DNA of 64,000 bases, from contig DASVGR010000129.1 of NCBI GenBank assembly GCA_036379395.1, positions 2,010 through 66,009 on the forward strand, given 5' to 3'. The translations under genes were made by a program, and so were the position numbers. Source of the stretch: Rhodanobacteraceae bacterium (GTDB lineage: Bacteria > Pseudomonadota > Gammaproteobacteria > Xanthomonadales > Rhodanobacteraceae). The notes below the pieces were generated by a model. It was not told the origin of the DNA, made no database searches, and saw nothing but the letters and a program-made list of their open reading frames with translations. Position 1 is the stretch's first letter; each line of letters opens with the position of its first letter. This document shows positions 34,880 through 43,229 of this stretch, piece by piece.

Positions 34880-35422
34880 TCAGGCCGGCCGGGCCAGAGC
34901 CGATGCGGAGACGTTTTTGCGCAGTTTTTGCATGCCCACGTGCAGCGTCACGACCAGATCCGCCACGTGTCCGTCAGCACCCGGGCCGGAGCGGGCGAAG
35001 GTGATTTTTTCGCCGTCGCGACAATGTCCCGGATGGACCAGGGTTATCAGCGTGGAAATGCTGTCCGACAGCGGCAGGGTCAGCACCACGGGCGTGTCCG
35101 CGGACCAGTGCGCGACGGGGATGGCGAGGTCGGCGTACACCGTGCGGGCGCCGTGGCGGACGGGGTGCCACGGCTGACCGAAAACGGTGCCGGAAACGCC
35201 GGCCAGAATGACGGCGGCGGGCGCGGCGTCCGGTATGTATTGGCCGGCATGGCCTTCCAGATACCGGTAGGCGTCGTTGATTTGCTGCAGGCGCCGCGTG
35301 GCTTCGGGGCTGGTGTTGCGATCCGGATGCCAGCGGCTTGCCTGGTGGCGCCAGGCGCGACGCACCCGCTCGGCGCTGGCGCCGGGCGGAATGTCGAGGA
35401 TGGTCCAGGGGTCTGGCTGCAT
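34880..35422 (-). CDS. Small J-domain protein
   Basis: DPWTILDI...WHPDRN...QQINDAY; degenerate DnaJ_C-like tail (GPGADGHVADLVVTLHV). Confidence 0.75.
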   Translation of the reverse strand: MQPDPWTILDIPPGASAERVRRAWRHQASRWHPDRNTSPEATRRLQQINDAYRYLEGHAGQYIPDAAPAAVILAGVSGTVFGQPWHPVRHGARTVYADLAIPVAHWSADTPVVLTLPLSDSISTLITLVHPGHCRDGEKITFARSGPGADGHVADLVVTLHVGMQKLRKNVSASALARPA

Positions 35423-35497
35423 GGGGCCATGTTAGGCAGCCCCGTGTCGCCGGCTTGCGTCGCAGGTCAATTTTGCCGTCTGGTCATATGGCCAGTT

Positions 35498-36904
35498 TCA
35501 GTCGGTCGGCGCGACGATGTACTGCTCCAGCTTGCCGTCGGGCAGGGTGTAGGTGGTGATGCTCAGCGTCTGCTTGTCGAAGCGAGCGCGGTAGGCGCGC
35601 ATGGTCATGCCGCCGCGCAGGCGTTGCGCCACCGCCGTGAAGGCGTCGGGCTTGCCCAGGTGTTTCAGGCTTTTCCTGTAGTCGTGCAGGGCGGTCTTGT
35701 CGAAGTAGGCGTTGGCGTCGGGGCTGAACAGCTTGCGGTCGATCTTGCCGTGCTGCAGGCCGGCGAAGATGTTTTTGGCCTGTTCCAGCGCGGTCGCGGA
35801 AACGGGTTCGTTGGCCTTGAGCACGGCCGCGGCGATGCGCCGGGCGATGACGCCGGAGGTGCCGATCGCGTCCTGGTTGGTCATGGCGATGACGGCCACC
35901 CCGTCATCGGGAAACACCAGGTTGGTGTCGGTGAAGCCGGATACTTCGCCGTCGTGGGAAATCATGCGATGGCCCTGGAAGCGGCCGACGAAGACGCCCA
36001 GGCCATAGCCGGACGCGAGGCCGTTTTTCAGCATGACGTCGGTTTCCATGGTTTGCCATGAGGCCGGCTTGAGCAGGGTCTGGTGGATCATGGCCATGTC
36101 CCATGAGGCCAGGTCGGTCGGCGTCAGCGACAGTTCGGCCATGCCGTACAACCAGTTGACGCCTTCCTTCGGCGCCGGGTGCAGTGGCCCCAGCGCGTAG
36201 CGGTGGTAGCCGCGTGCGTCGTCCGGGGGCAGTGCATGCAGGTTGTTGTCGAAGGCGTCCGTGATGCCCAGCGGCAGGAACACGTGCTGGCGCAAATACT
36301 GGAACGGCGTCTGGCCGGTCAGTTTTTCGATGATGGCGCCGGCGATGGTGTAGTTGGTGTTGCTGTATTGCCACTTGGTGCCGGGGGCGAAATCCAGCGG
36401 TTTTTTCGCCCATTTGTCCATGATGAATTGCGGCGTGGTGTTGGTGAGCATCTCTGGCATCACGTAATCCTGCGGCCAGTAATCCTGGTAGCCGGAGGTG
36501 TGCGACAGGATTTGCCGCAGCGTGATCTTGCCGGCGTCGGTCAGGCCGGGAAAATAATCCGATACCGGGTCGGACAGTTTCAGCTTGCCTTGCTGTTGCA
36601 GCAGCAAGAGGGCGGCGGCTGTGAACTGCTTGCTGACCGAGCCGATGGAATAGCGCATGGCCGTATTGGCCGACGTTTTCGGGTCCAGCCGGCCGTGGCC
36701 GTAGGCGTGGATGTAGGCCAGCTGACCATGGTCGACCACGGCAATCGACACGCTGGGCACGCCGGATTGGGCCAGCGCCTTGGTGGCGATCTGGTTGATG
36801 TCGGTTTGCAGGTTGGTGGGCAGGTCGGCCGCCAGGGCGGCGGGCGCGGTCAGGGCCAGCGCGACCAGGCCGGCCAGAAGAGGGAATGCGCGATGCCGGA
36901 TCAT
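35498..36904 (-). CDS. Secreted serine hydrolase, beta-lactamase/PBP family
   Basis: Signal peptide; SxxK (GSVSKQF), LSHTSG, FAPG..WQYSN (YxN), HDG. Real start MIRHRAF lies inside the longer listed ORF. Confidence 0.9.
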   Translation of the reverse strand: MIRHRAFPLLAGLVALALTAPAALAADLPTNLQTDINQIATKALAQSGVPSVSIAVVDHGQLAYIHAYGHGRLDPKTSANTAMRYSIGSVSKQFTAAALLLLQQQGKLKLSDPVSDYFPGLTDAGKITLRQILSHTSGYQDYWPQDYVMPEMLTNTTPQFIMDKWAKKPLDFAPGTKWQYSNTNYTIAGAIIEKLTGQTPFQYLRQHVFLPLGITDAFDNNLHALPPDDARGYHRYALGPLHPAPKEGVNWLYGMAELSLTPTDLASWDMAMIHQTLLKPASWQTMETDVMLKNGLASGYGLGVFVGRFQGHRMISHDGEVSGFTDTNLVFPDDGVAVIAMTNQDAIGTSGVIARRIAAAVLKANEPVSATALEQAKNIFAGLQHGKIDRKLFSPDANAYFDKTALHDYRKSLKHLGKPDAFTAVAQRLRGGMTMRAYRARFDKQTLSITTYTLPDGKLEQYIVAPTD

Positions 36905-37032
36905 GGAACTTCCTCTGTCATGGGATACGGTCGGCAACGATAGCACCGCGTCCGTGCGGATGTGGCCGTGATGGCGCGGCGAGTGGTTTGGTGCCCTGGC
37001 TGGATTGCCCGATCCACGATGGGCCGCCAATG

Positions 37033-37062
37033 AAAAAACTGGGCCGGGAAAACCCGGCCCAG
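37033..37062 (-). terminator. Intrinsic terminator after TonB-dependent receptor
   Basis: Minus strand CTGGGCCGGG-TTTT-CCCGGCCCAG-TTTTTT. Confidence 0.85.
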
Positions 37063-37116
37063 ACCGCAAAACCATTGCATTGGGCCCGCGAGGGGGGAGA
37101 TGGGGCCGTGCAAGGT

Positions 37117-40100
37117 TTAAAACTTGAAGTTGAACTTGGCCAGGTAGCGCTTGCCGTTGTAGTAGCGGTTGGCCGGCATGGCCTTGTTGCCGCCGAAGTA
37201 CTGGATGTAGCGCTGGTCGGTGAGGTTCAAGGCATCCAGCGTGATCGAGTAGTGCTTGTTGAACGTCCAGCCCAGCGACAAATCCAGCTCGGTGTAATCG
37301 CCCGTGGTGGCCGGCGGCGCACCGGCGATGTAGCCGCCGGCGAGGTAGGCGTCGCGCCAGTTCATGGTCAGCCGGGCACTGAACGGGCCTTTGGCGAAGT
37401 ACGGACTGATGTTGGCCGACCACTTGGAGTTGTATGGCAGCGCGCCGCCGGTGGACAGCGTGCCGTGCGAGTAGGTGACCGAGTTGACCATGCCGAACCC
37501 GCTTTCGCCGAAACTTTGCTGGTAGGACAGGTTCAGGCCCAGCAGCTTGCCGGTGCCGACGTTGGCCGGCTTGGTCACGCTGAACTTGCACATCGCGTTG
37601 GCGTCGCACAGGCCCATCGACATCAGGGTGGCCAGCGTGTCGCCGGTGGCCTTGGGGTCGAAGTGCTGCTCGAACACCGATACCGTGGAGATGTAATTGC
37701 GGATGTTCTTGTAGAACGCCGATACCGCGAACACCGATTGCGGCGCGAAATACCATTCCACCGACGCGTCGATGTTGGTCGACTTGTACGGCTTGAGGTC
37801 GGCGTTGCCGGCCGAGGCCTTGGGCGGCACCGCCACGTCGGCGATGAAGAAGCTGTTGACTTCCTGGAACGCCGGCGGACGCGCGATGGTTTCGGAAATG
37901 GCGCCGCGCACCAGCAGGTCGTCGAGCAGGCTGTAGGTCAGGTTGACCGACGGCAGCCACTCGCTGTACGAGCTTGACCCGTAATGCCACCACGATTGCG
38001 GAATCGGGAACGCGGCCTTGTCGGCACCCAGCAGGATCGAGCCGGTGGTGGTCTTGGTGTGCACGTAGCGCAGGCCGAAGTTGCCGCTCAGGCGATCCAG
38101 CGCGAAGTCCTGCTGCACGTAGGCGGCGATGTTCTTTTCGTCGAAATTGAATGTGCCGTTGAGGTAGGAGCTGGGGTCGTCGACCAGGTCGTAGTTGCCG
38201 AAGCTGGCGAACTCGCCGCTTTCGGACCACATCAGATGCTGGCCGGAACCGGCGGCAAAGCCGGGCACCTTGTTGCCGATGATGTTGACGTAGCCGTCGG
38301 TGCCGACGATGTCTTCCAGCGTGCCCTGCGCGGACGGGCCGACGGCGTTGAACGTGTGCGAGGTTTGCGCCAGGCGGTTCTGGTTGTAGCGCACGCCGTA
38401 TTGCAGCTTGTAGAACGCGCCGTCGAAATCGTTGTGGAAATCGGCCTGCACGAAGTCGGTGAGCTGGCGCGTGTCGTGGGTCAGAAGTTGCGTCGGGTTG
38501 GAGCCGTCCAGACCGCCGACCGTCCAGTTTTGCGGATCGCGCGCGGCAGCCGGGTCGTCAAACGTGATGCCCTTGTCCAGGTCCCACGAATAGCCGCCAT
38601 GGAACGCGGCGTTCATGGCGTACTGGCGCTGGTCGGGGTTGGACGACTTGCTGATGCCGCCTTGCACCTTCACGCCCCAGCCGTCGCCGCGATAGGCGCC
38701 GGCAAGGTCGAAGCCCTTGATCGTCACGTCGCTCTTGCGCGGAAAACTGTCGAAGTAGGTCGTGGCCGGGCCGCTGACGGTGGCGCCGTTCTGGCACGGG
38801 TTGGAAAACACCGTGGAGCACAGGTGGCCGCTGGTGATCACGCCGTTGGTGGCCGCACCCATCGCGTCCGCGTTGCCCGGGTTGGCGCTGGGCATCGGGT
38901 AAAACGACGTGTTCCAGTTGTCGTAGTTCTCGTCCACGTACATGGCGTTGCCGGAAAATTCCAGGCGGTCGGTCGGTTTCCATTGCACGGTCAGGTGGGC
39001 GCCGTTGCGCTCGCGCGTCTGGCGGAACCAGGCCGAGTTGATCACGGTCGGCACGCTGTCCGAGCTGTGCGCCAGCCACGGCAGGTTGGCGGCGTAGTCG
39101 GAAGCCGGGCTGTAGCCGTTGAAGATTTCCAGGCCTTCGCGGTCGATGCGTTCCTTGTAGTGCGACACGGACACGTCGAAGCCGAAGGTGTCGGCCGTGT
39201 TTTTCCAGCTGTAGAACAGCGAGCCGATCGGGTTGGTGGCGTGGTCGTGCGCCTGGCTGTTGTTGGTCACGCCGATGGAGCCGGCGACGGTGTTGGCCTT
39301 GAGGTCGAGTGGCTTGCGCGTGTGCACGAAGATCGTGCCGCCGACGGAGCCGTCCGGGAAGCGCGCCTCGGAGGTCTTGTGCACCTCGATGTTGCCGACC
39401 AGCTGTGGCGGCAGGATGGTGAAGTCGAAGCCGCGGCTGGGCTGCGAGCCGTGCAGCCACGGCACTTCGGCCATGAGGTGGCCGTTGATGAAGGTGAGGT
39501 TCAACGCCGGGTCGGTGCCGTTGATGCTGACCAGGTCGCCCTGGCCCATGTTGCGGTCCAGCGTGACGCCGGGGATTTGCGTCATCGCCTCGGCGACGTT
39601 GGTGTTGGGAAACTTGCCCAGATCCTCGGCGCTGACGGCTTCGACGATGGTGTTGGCGCCGCGCTTGATGGCCAGCGAATCGGCCAGGCTTTGACGGATG
39701 CCGGACACCGTGATGCCTTGCAGCTGGGTGGGATTGGTCTGGGTGGTCGCCGGGTTTTTCGACGGGTCGTCGTTGCTGCTGCCTTGCGACTGCGGCTGCG
39801 GCGTGGAACGCGGCTGGCGGGTTTCACGCGTGGCGCGCTTGGGCTGGATCACGTAAGCCGATTTGCCTACCGACTTGGCTGCCAGCCCGGTGCCGCGCAA
39901 GGTGTGGTTGAGCGCCTCGGTGGTGGAAAACGTGCCGGACAGGCCGGGTGAGGTCTTGCCGTCGACCAGACGCGGGGCATAGGCCAATTGCACGCCGCTT
40001 TCAACGGCCAGCTTGTCCAGCGCGGTGCTGAGCTTGCCGGAGGCAATGTGGTAGGCGTGCTGGCCGGCCGTGGTTTGCGCGGCAAAAGCCTGCATGGGCA

Positions 40101-40236
40101 GCAGCAAGGCGCTGCCCGAAAGCACCAGTGACAACGCGCCGACCAGCGCGCGACGTCGGGTCGTGATGCGGTGCGCGCCAGTTTCGACGTGGTTGTTGAA
40201 ACTGGCCGGGGTACGCGGTGTTGATGTGCTCGTCAT
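37117..40236 (-). CDS. TonB-dependent receptor with N-terminal signalling (STN) domain
   Basis: STN (YHIASGKLSTALDKLA..GLSG), TonB box ITVSG, plug SAEDLGKFPNTNVAEA, GNADLKP, C-terminal FNFKF. Confidence 0.93.
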   Translation of the reverse strand: MTSTSTPRTPASFNNHVETGAHRITTRRRALVGALSLVLSGSALLLPMQAFAAQTTAGQHAYHIASGKLSTALDKLAVESGVQLAYAPRLVDGKTSPGLSGTFSTTEALNHTLRGTGLAAKSVGKSAYVIQPKRATRETRQPRSTPQPQSQGSSNDDPSKNPATTQTNPTQLQGITVSGIRQSLADSLAIKRGANTIVEAVSAEDLGKFPNTNVAEAMTQIPGVTLDRNMGQGDLVSINGTDPALNLTFINGHLMAEVPWLHGSQPSRGFDFTILPPQLVGNIEVHKTSEARFPDGSVGGTIFVHTRKPLDLKANTVAGSIGVTNNSQAHDHATNPIGSLFYSWKNTADTFGFDVSVSHYKERIDREGLEIFNGYSPASDYAANLPWLAHSSDSVPTVINSAWFRQTRERNGAHLTVQWKPTDRLEFSGNAMYVDENYDNWNTSFYPMPSANPGNADAMGAATNGVITSGHLCSTVFSNPCQNGATVSGPATTYFDSFPRKSDVTIKGFDLAGAYRGDGWGVKVQGGISKSSNPDQRQYAMNAAFHGGYSWDLDKGITFDDPAAARDPQNWTVGGLDGSNPTQLLTHDTRQLTDFVQADFHNDFDGAFYKLQYGVRYNQNRLAQTSHTFNAVGPSAQGTLEDIVGTDGYVNIIGNKVPGFAAGSGQHLMWSESGEFASFGNYDLVDDPSSYLNGTFNFDEKNIAAYVQQDFALDRLSGNFGLRYVHTKTTTGSILLGADKAAFPIPQSWWHYGSSSYSEWLPSVNLTYSLLDDLLVRGAISETIARPPAFQEVNSFFIADVAVPPKASAGNADLKPYKSTNIDASVEWYFAPQSVFAVSAFYKNIRNYISTVSVFEQHFDPKATGDTLATLMSMGLCDANAMCKFSVTKPANVGTGKLLGLNLSYQQSFGESGFGMVNSVTYSHGTLSTGGALPYNSKWSANISPYFAKGPFSARLTMNWRDAYLAGGYIAGAPPATTGDYTELDLSLGWTFNKHYSITLDALNLTDQRYIQYFGGNKAMPANRYYNGKRYLAKFNFKF

Positions 40237-40383
40237 CGTTGGGTTTCCTCGCAAGTGGATGTTGGTCGGACGATGTTTGCAAGCACACGATCGCCCCCTC
40301 CACCTACCAAGACGCGGCACGAACGAGGATCACCACCTTCGTTTTGAACTTTTTTTGTCAAACATGACAACGATGGTCATGCC

Positions 40384-41403
40384 TCACTTGCGCGACAGCA
40401 CGACGCGGTTGGCCGATGCCCACGTGGCATGCACGGGCCAGCCCTGCTGCAACACGGTGACGAGGGTTTTCTGGTCGCCGGCGCGGAACACGCCGCTGAT
40501 GCGCAGATGCCGCAATGACGGATCACCGATGACCACCTGCGTGGCGCTGTATTGGTTCATGGCGGTCAGCAGATGGGGCAGCGTCCAGTCGTGCACGAAC
40601 AACTTGCCCGAGGTCCAGCCGCGCACTTGTGCCATGTCGACGGGCCTGGGCTGGCTGATGATGCCGGCCTGGTCGAACTGCAGTTGCTCGCCCGGCTGGA
40701 TGGAGGCGTGGCGCACTTCGCCGTCGGCGTTCGTGGCGACGGTGACGCTGCCCTGGAGCAGCACGACGTTGACGAAACGGTGGCCCAGACCAACCTGGAA
40801 CGTGGTGCCGATGTCGGTCACGGTGCCGTCGCCGGCATGCACGACGAACGGACGTTGCGCGTTGTGGTGGACGTCGAATTGCGCACGGCCCTGCAGCAGG
40901 TCGACCTGGCGCTTGCCGGTGCTGTAGTCCACGCGCAGGCGCGTTTTCGTGTCCATCAGGATGCGCGTGCCGTCATCCAGCGTGAGCGTGCGCTGCTGGC
41001 CCACCGCGGTGGCGTACAGCGCGCCGTTGGTCGACAGCGCATGCTGGCGCCAGCCGGGCGCGACGAGAAAAACCGTGCCCAGCACGGCGGCCGCGGCGAC
41101 CGCCCACGGCAACCAGCGGCGGCGTTGCCAGGAGCCGGCCGCGGATGGCTGCAGGGCGTGCCGCGCGGCGGCCATGAGCGCGGGATTGTCGCGGATGGCG
41201 TCGCCGCTGGTCGTCCACAGCTGCTCCACGTGATGGTAGGCGGTGGCGTGCTCGGCCCGGCGCGTCAGCCACAGTTCGAAGTCCGTGCGTTCGGCCGGCG
41301 TGCAGGCTGGGTCGCTCATGCGCGCAAACCACTGCTCGGCCGTCGCCATGACGCCGTCGTCGGGAACATCGGTGTTGGAGTTGTTGCCTTCCATCTTGTT
41401 CAT
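40384..41403 (-). CDS. FecR-family anti-sigma/sensor
   Basis: AEQWFAR..FELWL..HATAY, TM helix, TAVGQQRTLTLDDGT, RPFVV, GTTF, ISGVF. Confidence 0.92.
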   Translation of the reverse strand: MNKMEGNNSNTDVPDDGVMATAEQWFARMSDPACTPAERTDFELWLTRRAEHATAYHHVEQLWTTSGDAIRDNPALMAAARHALQPSAAGSWQRRRWLPWAVAAAAVLGTVFLVAPGWRQHALSTNGALYATAVGQQRTLTLDDGTRILMDTKTRLRVDYSTGKRQVDLLQGRAQFDVHHNAQRPFVVHAGDGTVTDIGTTFQVGLGHRFVNVVLLQGSVTVATNADGEVRHASIQPGEQLQFDQAGIISQPRPVDMAQVRGWTSGKLFVHDWTLPHLLTAMNQYSATQVVIGDPSLRHLRISGVFRAGDQKTLVTVLQQGWPVHATWASANRVVLSRK

Positions 41404-41954
41404 TTGGACGTCCCCTGTGTGCCATTGCCTACCTTGCGACGCAGCGTGGCCAGCGCCGTCGCCAGGTGTTTGTCTACCGTCTTGACCGAAATGCCGCAGC
41501 GCCTGGCGATTTGCGCGTGGCTGAGCCCGTGGATCCGCTTGAGCAGGTACACCCGCTGGCATTTGGGCGGCAGGGCCGCGATCGCCTGGGCAAGGCGGGC
41601 CATCTGCTGCTCGTACACCGCCTGTTCCTCGGGCGTGCGCGAGGGTGAGGCCACGTCGCACTCGTCCACGTCGACATGCCGGCTTGCCTGCCGGTTGCGC
41701 GCTTTGCGAAACTGGTCGTGGGCCACGTTCACGGCCACACGGTACAGCAGGCGCTTCCATGCCGAGGCCGGTTCCGAATCGCGATAGCGCAGCATGCGGA
41801 TCAGGCTTTCCTGCGCCGCATCCTCCGCGTCCTGCTGCGACGCCGTGCGGCGGCGCAAAAAGCTTACCAGCTGCGGATGCTGCACGCGGGCGAATTCATC
41901 AAAACGGGTAACGTCGACGCCGGCATCACAACTTTCGTCCTGATTCCACATCAT
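41400..41954 (-). CDS. FecI-like ECF sigma factor
   Basis: DAEDAAQE, LLYRVAVN, LPPKCQRVYLL, GLSHAQIA..GISVKTV; 4-nt overlap with fecR. Start could be 41951-41966. Confidence 0.92.
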   Translation of the reverse strand: MMWNQDESCDAGVDVTRFDEFARVQHPQLVSFLRRRTASQQDAEDAAQESLIRMLRYRDSEPASAWKRLLYRVAVNVAHDQFRKARNRQASRHVDVDECDVASPSRTPEEQAVYEQQMARLAQAIAALPPKCQRVYLLKRIHGLSHAQIARRCGISVKTVDKHLATALATLRRKVGNGTQGTSK

Positions 41955-42076
41955 GAGTGGCCCCATCGCGCTCTTTGCCCATGCGTGACATGAGCCAGAT
42001 GCTGATCCGATTTATCCTCAGCCAAGATTGGCGGCTTTGCAAGCCGCCCGGTTTTTCTGGTTGATGGAGAAATGTT

Positions 42077-43018
42077 GTGCAATTGATCAACGGCAAACCG
42101 ATGCCGACATTGGGCCTGGGCACGTGGAAATCGCGTCCCGGCGAAGTGCGTTTTGCCGTGCGCGAGGCCATCCGCGCAGGCTGTCGGCACATCGACTGCG
42201 CAACCATTTACGGCAACGAAGTCGAGGTGGGGCAGGGCCTGGCCGACGCCATGGCCGACGGCGTCGGGCGTGATGAATTGTGGATCACGTCCAAGCTGTG
42301 GAACGACGCGCATGCCCCGGCCGACGTGCGCCCGGCACTGGAAGCGAGCCTGTCCAAACTGGGCCTGGAGCAACTGGATCTGTACCTGATGCACTGGCCG
42401 GTGGCGATCCGCGGGAATGCGTCGTTTCCGTTGCGCGCACACGACATTTTCGCGCCCGGGGCGATGCCGGTGGCGACGACGTGGCAAGCGATGGAAGCGT
42501 GCGTCGATGCGGGTCTGGTGCGCCATGTCGGTGTGTCCAATTTCAGCGCGCGCAAGCTGCAACAGCTGCTGGACGTGGCGCGCATAGCGCCGGCGATGAA
42601 CCAGGTGGAGCTGCATCCGTATTTGCAGCAGGACGCCTTGCTGCGTTTTTGCGCGACGCATGGCGTGGGCGTGACGGCGTATTCCCCGCTGGGTTCGGGC
42701 GATCGCCCGAAGGGCATGAAGACGGCGGGCGAGCCGGTGCTTTTGCAGGACCCGGTCATTCTTGCGCTGGCCGACAAACACGGCGCCAGCGCGGCGCAGA
42801 TCCTCATCGCCTGGGCGTTGCAACGCGGCACGAGCGTGATCCCCAAGTCCGTCAACGCCGGGCGCATCGCGCAAAACCTGGCCGCCGCCAAGATCGTGCT
42901 GGATGCGGACGACATGCGGCAGCTGGCGGCGCTTGACTGCCATCGGCGCTATCTCGACGGCGCCGACTGGGTCGTCGACGGCGGACCTTTCACGCAGGCC
43001 AGCCTGTGGGACGAATAG
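42077..43018 (+). CDS. Aldo/keto reductase
   Basis: LGLGTW, HIDCATIYGNE, TSKLWN, LDLYLMHWP, GVSNF, NQVELHP, IPKS. Confidence 0.95.
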   Translation: MQLINGKPMPTLGLGTWKSRPGEVRFAVREAIRAGCRHIDCATIYGNEVEVGQGLADAMADGVGRDELWITSKLWNDAHAPADVRPALEASLSKLGLEQLDLYLMHWPVAIRGNASFPLRAHDIFAPGAMPVATTWQAMEACVDAGLVRHVGVSNFSARKLQQLLDVARIAPAMNQVELHPYLQQDALLRFCATHGVGVTAYSPLGSGDRPKGMKTAGEPVLLQDPVILALADKHGASAAQILIAWALQRGTSVIPKSVNAGRIAQNLAAAKIVLDADDMRQLAALDCHRRYLDGADWVVDGGPFTQASLWDE

Positions 43019-43021
43019 GCT

Positions 43022-43174
43022 TCAACCGCGCCACAGCACCAGCGCGGCGATGGCGAACGGCAGCAGCGCCATGCCGGCAAACACGATCATCATGACCAGC
43101 CAGCCACCGGGGCGCCAGCGCACGGGTGCGCTGGCCTTGGCGTCGGGATGACTTGTTGGCAAAGGCAAGTTCAT
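43022..43174 (-). CDS. 50-aa single-TM protein (not in ORF track), candidate immunity/accessory protein
   Basis: Manual translation MNLPLPTSHPDAKASAPVRWRPGGWLVMMIVFAGMALLPFAIAALVLWRG*; GC3-rich codons; fills the gap between PCAT and AKR. Confidence 0.6.
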   Translation of the reverse strand: MNLPLPTSHPDAKASAPVRWRPGGWLVMMIVFAGMALLPFAIAALVLWRG

Positions 43175-43229
43175 GCATCCATTGTGCGCGCCGGCTGGCG
43201 TGTGCGGGCGGCCACCTTGACGCGGTCTT

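Noticed and set aside
35498-38230. 910-aa ORF suggesting a fusion onto the serine hydrolase
   Set aside because: The N-terminal half is an off-frame reading of the TonB receptor and crosses a terminator. The real gene starts at 36904 with an RBS and signal peptide.
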